Below, one piece after another: positions 16,771-23,864 of a DNA stretch of 28,177 nucleotides; position 1 is the stretch's first letter, and the number at the start of each line of letters is the position of its first letter. A program made the position numbers and the translations under genes. The stretch comes from an uncultured Lachnospiraceae bacterium (GTDB taxonomy: Bacteria > Bacillota > Clostridia > Lachnospirales > Lachnospiraceae): the NCBI GenBank assembly GCA_902766845.1, contig CACXFD010000028.1, positions 1 through 28,177 on the forward strand. Direction: 5' to 3'. The notes beneath the pieces were generated by a model. That model did not search any database. It was not told the origin of the DNA and was given only the letters and a program-made list of their open reading frames with translations.

Positions 16771-17739
16771 TCAGCAGACCTCGACCAGCTCGATGCGGAA
16801 ATTCAGCGCCTTGCCCGCCATCCGGTGGTTGGCGTCAAAGGTCACCGTCTCCGCGTCTTTGGCCGCGACCGTGACCGGGAACGGCCGGCCCGAAGGATCC
16901 TGCAGATAGACGTTCTGTCCCGCCTCCAGGTCTTCCGCGCCGGGCATCTGTTCGATCCGGACCGTAAAGACGGCGCGCGGATCCCGTTCGCCGTACGCCT
17001 CGTCGGGCATCAGGCGGACGTCCACGACCTGCCCCACCTCCATGTCCGCGACCGCGGCGTCAAAGCCCCGGATCATCTGGCCGATGCCGCAGGTGAACTC
17101 GAGCGGTTCCCCGCGGTCATAAGAAGAATCGAACTGAGTCCCGTCATCCAGGGTCCCGCGGTAATGTACGAGGCAGGTCTTTCCGACGTTGCGGCCCCGG
17201 ATGGCCTGCACCTGCTCGTCGGAGCCGTCTCCCGCGGCGCTCCCGCCGCAGCAGCCGCCGTCTTCGCCGCAGCCGTGCCCGTCTTCATGCTCTCCGCAGC
17301 CGGCCTCGTGATGGCCGCAGCCCTCCTCGCCGTGATGGCCGCACTCGTTGCCTTCACCGTGATGGCCGCAGGCGTCCTCGTGATGACCGCACTCATGACC
17401 TTCTCCGTGATGGTGATCACAGTTCGATCCCGTGTTCACGAGCTCTCCGCGCAGATAGGCCTCCACGGCCTCGTCCGCGCTTCCGGACGCGCCGGCGCAC
17501 AGCTCGATGCCGCAGCTCTCGAGCGCGGCCTGCGCCCCGCCGCCGATGCCGCCGCAGATCAGCACGTCAACGCCCTGCCCGCTCAGCAGGCCGGCCAGCG
17601 CGCCGTGCCCGGTCCCGCCGGACCCGATGACCTCGGACCGGACGACCTTTCCGTCTTCGACTTCATAGACCTTGAACGTTTCGGTGCGCCCGAAATGCTG
17701 GAAGATCTCACCCTGCTCATACGTTACAGCGATTTTCAT
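16771..17739 (-). CDS. Fusion: NifB/NifX-family domain + His/Cys-rich linker + SlyD/SlpA-type FKBP peptidyl-prolyl isomerase
   Basis: N-terminus 'KIAVTYEQGEIFQHFGRTETF...VDVLICGGIGGGA'. C-terminus 'VHYRGTLDDGTQFDSS...GQMIRGFD...AYGERD...DANHRMAGKALNFRIELV' with an insert-in-flap segment. GGGAGG spacing favours the second ATG (17739) over 17742. Confidence 0.9.
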   Translation of the reverse strand: MKIAVTYEQGEIFQHFGRTETFKVYEVEDGKVVRSEVIGSGGTGHGALAGLLSGQGVDVLICGGIGGGAQAALESCGIELCAGASGSADEAVEAYLRGELVNTGSNCDHHHGEGHECGHHEDACGHHGEGNECGHHGEEGCGHHEAGCGEHEDGHGCGEDGGCCGGSAAGDGSDEQVQAIRGRNVGKTCLVHYRGTLDDGTQFDSSYDRGEPLEFTCGIGQMIRGFDAAVADMEVGQVVDVRLMPDEAYGERDPRAVFTVRIEQMPGAEDLEAGQNVYLQDPSGRPFPVTVAAKDAETVTFDANHRMAGKALNFRIELVEVC

Positions 17740-17820
17740 CATAACCTCCCGCGGTCCGCCTGCGGCGTCCGCTTACCTTTTTCGCTTACAGTTCCCGCTG
17801 ACAACACTTCTCCGGACCGC

Positions 17821-19044
17821 TTAAAACGCCCACTTGCCGCGGCGCAGCACCGGCACGGTCCGGCCGTCGCGCGTGACCGCGTCGATGTCCAGCCCTTCAT
17901 AGCCGATCATGAAATCCACGTGAATCATCGAGTCGTTGACGCCGAGCTGACGGCACTCCTCGAGCGTCTTGTGCTCGAAATCTTTGATCGTATCGGCAAA
18001 GCCCATGCCGAGCGCCAGATGGCAGGCCGCGTTCTCATCGAACAGCGTCTCATAGAAGAGCAGACCGGATTCGGAGATCGGCGAATCGACCGGGACCAGC
18101 GCGCACTCGCCCAGGTAGGCCGCGCCCTCGTCCATCGCGATCATCTCCTCGAGCAGGGCCTGGTTCTTCTCCGCTTTGACCTCGACGGCCCGGCCGTTCT
18201 CGAAGCGGACCATGAAGTCCTCGATCAGCTGGCCCTGATAGGACAGCGGCCTGGTGGCGTAGACGACGCCTTCCGCCTTGCCGCGCATCGGCGAGATGAA
18301 GCATTCCTCGGTCGGAATGTTCGGGTTGAAGAAGACGCCGCTCAGCGTGCGGTCTCCGCCGCCCTTGAACTCCGCCTCGGGGATCATGCCCACGGTCAGG
18401 TCCGTGCCGTTATCCCCATGATAGCGCAGCTCGGCGATGCCGAGGCCGTTCAGGTACGCGCAGCGGTCCGCCAGGTCCTTGTTGTGAGCCTCCCAGGCCG
18501 CGACCGGATCCTCGTCCACGCGGGACGTAAACAGGATGGCCTCCCACAGCTTTTCGACGGCCTGCCCCTTCGAAAGCTCCGGGAACAGCTTTTTGGCCCA
18601 GGCCACGCCCGGCACGGCCGCGATGCACCACTGGTACCGGTTCTCCATCTGATCGCGGTACGGCTTGAGGATCGGGTAGCGCTTCCGGCCGGCCTTCGCC
18701 ACCTTCTTCTGATCGATGCCCTTCAGCCCGTCGGGATCTTCCGACACCAGATGGATCCGGCACGGGAGCGCGTCGACGTAATGCTGCAGGCGGGCCTTCT
18801 CCCACTCTTCGACCCTGGCCAGCGACGTGACCGACTGATGCCGGACATGGAGCTTTTCGAGCGGCTGATAATGAAAATCTACCCGGACCTTGCCGGCTCC
18901 GGCCTTGTAGCATTCGTCGACCAGCAGCTCGACGAACTTCGGCTGGTCCAGGCCGCAGTTGATCACGACTTCCTGGCCCTTCTGAATGCTGACGCCGGCC
19001 CGTGCGATCAGGCGGGCGTATTTGCGCAATACGGTCTGTTTCAT
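17821..19044 (-). CDS. Aminopeptidase, peptidase family M29 (AmpS/AmpT/PepS-like)
   Basis: 407 aa. 'PNIPTEECF', 'YLGECALV', 'TLFDENAACHLALG', 'NDSMIHVDFMIG'. AAGGAGG RBS. Confidence 0.94.
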   Translation of the reverse strand: MKQTVLRKYARLIARAGVSIQKGQEVVINCGLDQPKFVELLVDECYKAGAGKVRVDFHYQPLEKLHVRHQSVTSLARVEEWEKARLQHYVDALPCRIHLVSEDPDGLKGIDQKKVAKAGRKRYPILKPYRDQMENRYQWCIAAVPGVAWAKKLFPELSKGQAVEKLWEAILFTSRVDEDPVAAWEAHNKDLADRCAYLNGLGIAELRYHGDNGTDLTVGMIPEAEFKGGGDRTLSGVFFNPNIPTEECFISPMRGKAEGVVYATRPLSYQGQLIEDFMVRFENGRAVEVKAEKNQALLEEMIAMDEGAAYLGECALVPVDSPISESGLLFYETLFDENAACHLALGMGFADTIKDFEHKTLEECRQLGVNDSMIHVDFMIGYEGLDIDAVTRDGRTVPVLRRGKWAF

Positions 19045-19107
19045 CTGAGGTCCTCCTTCACGGTCCTTTCAAAACGCTCCGCGCGACCCTCGGTCCGCGT
19101 TTTCCGG

Positions 19108-19210
19108 GATCTGTGTCTTTTTGATGATCTGTGATCTTTCGATGATCTGCGTCTTTTCGATGATCTGCGGCTTCTCGATGATCTGCGATCATGAGAAGAT
19201 CTGCGGCTTT
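19108..19210. repeat. Intergenic degenerate 18-bp tandem repeat, about 5.7 copies
   Basis: Units beginning gatctg at 19108, 19126, 19144, 19162, 19180 and 19198; consensus about gatctgcgNYtttYcgat. Confidence 0.88.
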
Positions 19211-19216
19211 ACAGCG

Positions 19217-19244
19217 CGAGCCTGCCGATCTCTCGGCAGGCTCG
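19217..19244. other. 12-bp perfect inverted repeat downstream of lysS (GAGA tetraloop on the minus strand); no U-tract
   Basis: cgagcctgccga-tctc-tcggcaggctcg. Confidence 0.7.
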
Positions 19245-19284
19245 TTCTCAGGCTGCCGGCTGCGCGCCCGCCGCCTCCCTATTC

Positions 19285-21264
19285 TCAGTACAGCTTCGCA
19301 CCGGCCGGGATGCCCGGATCCACCATCAGCAGGTGGAGCTTCTCTTCTCCGCCCTCATCGTGCACCGCGGACAGCAGCATGCCGCAGGAGTCGATGCCCA
19401 TCATCTTGCGCGGCGGCAGGTTCGTGATCGCGATGCAGGTCTTCCCGATCAGCTGCTCCGGCTCATAATAAGCATGGATCCCGCTCAGGATGGTCCGGTC
19501 CGTGCCGGTCCCGTCGTCGAGCGTGAACTGCAGCAGCTTCTTGCTCTTCGGAACGGCCACGCAGTCCTTGACCTTCACGGCGCGGAAATCGGACTTGGAG
19601 AAGGTCTCGAAATCGACCTGGTCCTCGAACAGCGGCTCGATCACGAGGCTTGCCGGATCCGGCTTTTTCACGTCAAAGAGCGGCATGGACGGATCGTTCG
19701 CGCTCACGGCCGGGGCCGCTTCCGCCGCAGGTCCTTCCGCCGCGGTCCCGCCGGCCGCGTCCTCTTTGCTCTCGCTTCCGGTCTTCAGGCTCTTCATGGT
19801 GGGGAACGCGATCACGTCGCGGATCGCTTCGCTGTCCGTCAGCAGCATGACCAGACGGTCGATGCCGTAGCCGATGCCACCGGTCGGGGGCATGCCGATC
19901 TCGAGGGCATGCAGGAAGTCTTCATCCGTGTGATTGGCTTCTTCATCGCCGGCCGCGAAGGCCTCTTCCTGCGCCGCGAAGCGCGCGCGCTGGTCGATCG
20001 GATCGTTGAGCTCGGAATAGGCGTTGCACATCTCGCGCCCATAGATATACATCTCGAAGCGGTCCACCAGGGTCTCGTCGTCCTCTTTCTTCTTGGTGAG
20101 CGGCGAGATCTCGATCGGATGGTCGCAGACGAACGTGGGCTGGATCATCTTCTCTTCGCAGTATTCGTCGAAGAACAGGTTGATGATGTCCCCGCGCTTA
20201 TGGCGCGCTTCGTAGGCGATGTGATGCTGATCCGCCACGGCCTTCGCTTCCTCATCCGTTTTGATCTGCGAGAAGTCCACGCCCGCGTATTCTTTGACCG
20301 CGTCGATCATCGTGATGCGGCGGAACGGCTTCTCCATATCGATGACGGTGCCGTTGTAGCTGATCACGGCGCTGCCGCAGACCTTGCGCGCCAGATGGCG
20401 GAACAGGTCTTCGGTCAGGTCCATCATGCCGTTGTAATCCGTGTAGGCCTGGTAGAGCTCCATCAGCGTGAATTCGGGGTTGTGGCGCGCGTCCAGGCCC
20501 TCGTTGCGGAACACGCGGCCGATCTCATACACGCGTTCGAGGCCGCCCACGATCAGGCGCTTCAGGTACAGTTCCAGCGAGATGCGAAGCTTGACGTCCT
20601 CGTTCAGCGAATTGTAATGCGTCTCGAACGGACGGGCCGCCGCGCCGCCGGCGTTCGCGACCAGCATGGGCGTCTCCACCTCGATGAAGTCCCGCGCGTC
20701 CAGGAAGTTCCGGATCTCGCGGATGATCTGCGAGCGCTTCAGGAACGTATCCTTGACCTCCGGGTTCATGATCAGGTCCAGATAGCGCTGACGGTAGCGC
20801 ATGTCCGTATCCGTCAGGCCATGGAACTTTTCGGGCAGGGGCGACAGGTTCTTCGCAAGCAGCACCACCTCGGTGGCGTGGATCGAGATCTCGCCCATCT
20901 GCGTGGTGAAGACCGTGCCCTTGACGCCCACGATATCGCCGATGTCCATGCGCTTGAAGGCCGCGTACGGTTCCTCGCCGAGGAAATCCCGGGCCACGTA
21001 GATCTGGATCTGGCCCTTGCGGTCCTGCACGTTGGCGAACGACGCTTTGCCCATCACGCGCTTGAACATCATGCGGCCGGCCACCGCGACCTCTTTGCCT
21101 TCGAACGAGGCGTAACTGTCCTTGATATCCTGCGAATGCGCGGTCACGTCATAGCGGCGCAGACGGAACGGGTCCTTCCCCTCCGCCTGCAGCTGCGCGA
21201 GCTTCTCGCGGCGCACCTTCTCCAGCTGGTTGACGTCCTGCGGTCTGTTTCCCTGGTCTGCCAT
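19285..21264 (-). CDS. lysS: Class II lysyl-tRNA synthetase with a fused C-terminal tRNA-binding (MetRS-C/Trbp111-like OB) domain
   Basis: 'RYRQRYLDL', 'FIEVETPML', 'LELYLKRLIVGG', 'FRNEG', 'HNPEFT', 'MPPTGGIGYGIDRL'. Extra C-terminal 'DFRAVKVKDC...KLLQFTLDDG...NLPPRKMMGIDSCGMLL'. Confidence 0.97.
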   Translation of the reverse strand: MADQGNRPQDVNQLEKVRREKLAQLQAEGKDPFRLRRYDVTAHSQDIKDSYASFEGKEVAVAGRMMFKRVMGKASFANVQDRKGQIQIYVARDFLGEEPYAAFKRMDIGDIVGVKGTVFTTQMGEISIHATEVVLLAKNLSPLPEKFHGLTDTDMRYRQRYLDLIMNPEVKDTFLKRSQIIREIRNFLDARDFIEVETPMLVANAGGAAARPFETHYNSLNEDVKLRISLELYLKRLIVGGLERVYEIGRVFRNEGLDARHNPEFTLMELYQAYTDYNGMMDLTEDLFRHLARKVCGSAVISYNGTVIDMEKPFRRITMIDAVKEYAGVDFSQIKTDEEAKAVADQHHIAYEARHKRGDIINLFFDEYCEEKMIQPTFVCDHPIEISPLTKKKEDDETLVDRFEMYIYGREMCNAYSELNDPIDQRARFAAQEEAFAAGDEEANHTDEDFLHALEIGMPPTGGIGYGIDRLVMLLTDSEAIRDVIAFPTMKSLKTGSESKEDAAGGTAAEGPAAEAAPAVSANDPSMPLFDVKKPDPASLVIEPLFEDQVDFETFSKSDFRAVKVKDCVAVPKSKKLLQFTLDDGTGTDRTILSGIHAYYEPEQLIGKTCIAITNLPPRKMMGIDSCGMLLSAVHDEGGEEKLHLLMVDPGIPAGAKLY

Positions 21265-21329
21265 TCTTTCTTTCCTTTCACATACGGCCGCCCCTTCCGG
21301 AGCGGCCGTCTCTGCATGTTCCTCTCTGC

Positions 21330-21818
21330 TCAGTCGTCCTGACGCAGGATGTCCAGCACTTCGTATTCCGAGACGCCTCCGGGCGTTTCCACGCGGACCA
21401 CGTCTCCGGTGCCGTGGCCGATCAGCGCGCGTCCCACCGGGGACTCGTTCGAGATCAGGCCGGCCAGGCTGCGGGCCTCGGAAAAGCCGACGATGCGGTA
21501 TTCCACGGTCTCCTGGTATTCTTTATCGAACAGGACCACGCGGCTGCCGACGCTGATCTTATCCAGCTCCAGCTCTTCCTCTTCCACGATCTCCGCGTTC
21601 TTCAGCAGAGCGGTCAGTTCTTCGATCCGGGCTTCAATAGTGCGCTGCTCGTCTTTGGCTGCGTCATATTCCGCGTTCTCCGACAGGTCTCCGAGCTCGC
21701 GGGCTTCCTTGATCTTCTGCGCGACTTCCTTGCGGCGCACGACCTTCAGCTGCTGCAGCTCTTCCTCATATTTGTCTGCACTCGAACGCGTCAATACATG
21801 CTTTACTGCTTCTGCCAT
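21330..21818 (-). CDS. greA: Transcription elongation factor GreA
   Basis: 162 aa. 'ARELGDLSENAEYDAAK' and 'ISNESPVGRALIG'. Confidence 0.97.
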   Translation of the reverse strand: MAEAVKHVLTRSSADKYEEELQQLKVVRRKEVAQKIKEARELGDLSENAEYDAAKDEQRTIEARIEELTALLKNAEIVEEEELELDKISVGSRVVLFDKEYQETVEYRIVGFSEARSLAGLISNESPVGRALIGHGTGDVVRVETPGGVSEYEVLDILRQDD

Positions 21819-21880
21819 GTCCTCATCACCTCTATTGATTTAAACGCCGGGCCCGTCAGGGCCCGGAAACACTGGGAAGT

Positions 21881-21909
21881 ATTATAGCCCATGCCCCGCT
21901 CACTGTCAA
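21881..21909 (-). promoter_or_regulatory. Perfect-consensus sigma-A promoter of the greA-lysS operon
   Basis: TTGACA (21909-21904), 17-bp spacer, TATAAT (21886-21881). Confidence 0.92.
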
Positions 21910-22044
21910 TCACGCGGGGACGGTTTTTCTGCGCTTTTGCGTGGTTTTTCTGTCATTTGACGCATATTTTCCGCAGTTTTTTGCGGCATCTCCCCGGTCC
22001 GGCGGCTCCTTGGCACATCCTCCGGCTCATTTCCGGGGCGCGGC

Positions 22045-23028
22045 TCACGCCTCCCGGCGCGGCAGCGTCCCGAAATAGGTCCGGACCAGTTCCTCGAGCT
22101 GTTCCCGGGTCTCCGCCTCGTTCAGCTTCCGCCGCAGGGCCGACGCCCCGGGCAGGCCCGTGGTGTACCAGGCCACGTGCTTTCGCATCTCGCGCACCGT
22201 GATATACTCGCCCTTTTCCCGTACCGAGTATTCGATGTGCCGAAGGACGGTCCCGCAGATCTCTTCCGGCTCCGGGCGCGGCGGGATCGGACTGCCGGCC
22301 AGAGCCGCCTTCAGTTCCCGGAACAGCCAGGGATTGCCCTGGGCGCCGCGCGCGGCCAGCACGCCGTCCACGCCGCTCTCGGCGATGCGCCGGACCGCGT
22401 CCTGACCGGTGCAGATATCGCCGTTCCCGAAGACCGGGATCTTCACGGCCTCCCGGACGCGGCGGATCTCCTCCCAGTCCGCGCGGCCGCTGTAGTACTG
22501 CTCACGCGTGCGCCCGTGGACCGCGATCATCGAGACGCCGGCCGCTTCCGCGCGCCGCGCGATCTCGACCGCGTTCTTCGTCTTCTCGGTGAAGCCGAGC
22601 CGGATCTTGACCGTGACCGGCTTGCGGGACGCGCGCACCATGGCCTCCAGGACGGCCTGCGCGCGCGGCGGATCCGTCATCAGCGCGGATCCTTCCCCGC
22701 ACCGCACGACCTTCGGGACCGGGCAGCCCATGTTCACGTCGATCAGGTCATACGGGCCCTCCGACAGCTGCGCGGCAGCCTCGGCCATGATCTCCGGCTC
22801 CGAGCCGAACAGCTGGACCGCCAGCGGGTGCTCGTCCGGATCCGTGCGGAGCAGGTCCGCGGTATTGCGGTTATGAAAGTGCAGCGCCTTCGCGCTGATC
22901 ATCTCGGTATACAGCAGGCCGCAGCCCTGTTCCCGGCACAGACGCCGAAACGGCAGGTCCGTGACCCCCGCCATCGGGGCCAGACCTGCCGGCGTTTCGA
23001 TATGGACCGGTCCGATATCAACGGGCAT
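22045..23028 (-). CDS. dusB: tRNA-dihydrouridine synthase DusB
   Basis: 'LAPMAGVTD', 'AVQLFGS', 'DVNMGCP', 'VTVKIRLG', 'AVHGRTREQ', 'GNGDI'. Start reset to MPVDIG (23028), which has an upstream GGGAG/AGGA. Confidence 0.94.
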   Translation of the reverse strand: MPVDIGPVHIETPAGLAPMAGVTDLPFRRLCREQGCGLLYTEMISAKALHFHNRNTADLLRTDPDEHPLAVQLFGSEPEIMAEAAAQLSEGPYDLIDVNMGCPVPKVVRCGEGSALMTDPPRAQAVLEAMVRASRKPVTVKIRLGFTEKTKNAVEIARRAEAAGVSMIAVHGRTREQYYSGRADWEEIRRVREAVKIPVFGNGDICTGQDAVRRIAESGVDGVLAARGAQGNPWLFRELKAALAGSPIPPRPEPEEICGTVLRHIEYSVREKGEYITVREMRKHVAWYTTGLPGASALRRKLNEAETREQLEELVRTYFGTLPRREA

Positions 23029-23099
23029 GCGTATCCTGTCTCCCTGCTCCGGACATGCGCCGCGGTCTGCAGCCGGCGTGCGGCTGCCGCGGCCTGTCC

Positions 23100-23432
23100 T
23101 CATTCATCCTCCTCCGAGAGCGGCTCCCCGAGGAAGAACACCTTATAATACGTCTGCAGCGCCTCGAAGAGCTCCCGGCGCTCCTTTTGGATCTGCTTGA
23201 TCTTGAGCTCGCTCCCGACCTCGTCGAAAAGGTAGTCGGCCTCATCGGCCCGGACCGACAGCCGGACCTCGCCGTCCTCATCGTCCAGTTCCACGGTCAG
23301 GATCCCGCCGACGTCCTCCACGTAGGACACGCAGAGGATCTTCAGCTCATCCTGCACGCCCTGCGGGAGCGAGGCAAACGCGGGGTCGAAATAATACTTC
23401 TGTTCGTAGGAATTCGCGCCGCACAGGATCAT
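23100..23432 (-). CDS. Conserved acidic hypothetical protein (DUF6145-like)
   Basis: 110 aa from '[15 protein letters not shown]'. Start overlaps the upstream stop (ATGA). Family name is from recall. Confidence 0.72.
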   Translation of the reverse strand: MILCGANSYEQKYYFDPAFASLPQGVQDELKILCVSYVEDVGGILTVELDDEDGEVRLSVRADEADYLFDEVGSELKIKQIQKERRELFEALQTYYKVFFLGEPLSEEDE

Positions 23433-23737
23433 CCGGCGCCTCCCACCGTGAGCAGGCTCACGACCGCGATGCCGAGGAGCACGAGCCCCGCCAGCAGGAT
23501 GCCGAAGGCCGCCGCGGGACGGCGCCCGCTCCCGACCACGCGCAGGCGCAGCACGGCCGTCAGGATGCAGGCCGCGGCCGCGGCAAAAAAGACGATCGGG
23601 AAGCAGAACCCGAACGCCGCGGGATTCCAGATCGCGAGGATGCTCCCGGCGATCATGATCAGGCACAGCGCCGTATAGGCGATATCCGTGGCCCGGCGGG
23701 CCGCCCGGCGCTGCGCGCCGGTCTTGTATCCGTCCAT
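23429..23737 (-). CDS. Small three-TM membrane protein (possibly DUF6637-like)
   Basis: 102 aa with three hydrophobic segments. AAGGAG RBS. Family name tentative. Confidence 0.7.
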   Translation of the reverse strand: MDGYKTGAQRRAARRATDIAYTALCLIMIAGSILAIWNPAAFGFCFPIVFFAAAAACILTAVLRLRVVGSGRRPAAAFGILLAGLVLLGIAVVSLLTVGGAG

Positions 23738-23761
23738 GAGATGACTCCTTCTGTGCAGTTA

Positions 23762-23861
23762 CGGCCGGCCCGTCGGCCGGTCTTCTCAGCCGGCTTCCGA
23801 TACGGCAGGCCTTCTATACGCCGGACCGGTCTGTTTCCGGCCGGCCCGTCGGCCGGTCTTC
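23762..23861. repeat. Two identical 24-bp GC-rich direct repeats, each containing a 6-bp hairpin
   Basis: cggccggcccgtcggccggtcttc at 23762-23785 and 23838-23861. Confidence 0.88.
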
Positions 23862-23864
23862 CGT

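Noticed and set aside
16771-17739. Nitrogen fixation inferred from the NifB/NifX domain
   Set aside because: There are no nifHDK, nifEN or radical-SAM NifB sequences in the window, and this small domain is widespread in non-diazotrophs.
16825-19134. Very long plus-strand ORFs (769 aa here; also 23925-26225, 19333-21342, 4266-6146, 1444-3189, 11013-12638, 13989-15413)
   Set aside because: They are antisense shadows of well-supported minus-strand genes. High GC at third codon positions removes stops from the opposite frame, and the translations are Arg/Ala/Gly/Pro-rich with no motifs or RBS.
19108-19210. Possible CRISPR mini-array
   Set aside because: Units are contiguous with an 18-bp period and no unique spacers, and there are no cas genes. 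The same applies to 11370-11466.
19121-19468. Plus-strand ORF beginning MMICDLSMICVFSMICGFSMIC (apparent Cys-repeat peptide)
   Set aside because: It is a by-product of the 18-bp array, starts at TTG without an RBS, and runs antisense into lysS.
21265-21329. T-box or lysine riboswitch upstream of lysS
   Set aside because: The greA-lysS gap is only 65 bp, with a single hairpin and no T-box or L-box consensus.
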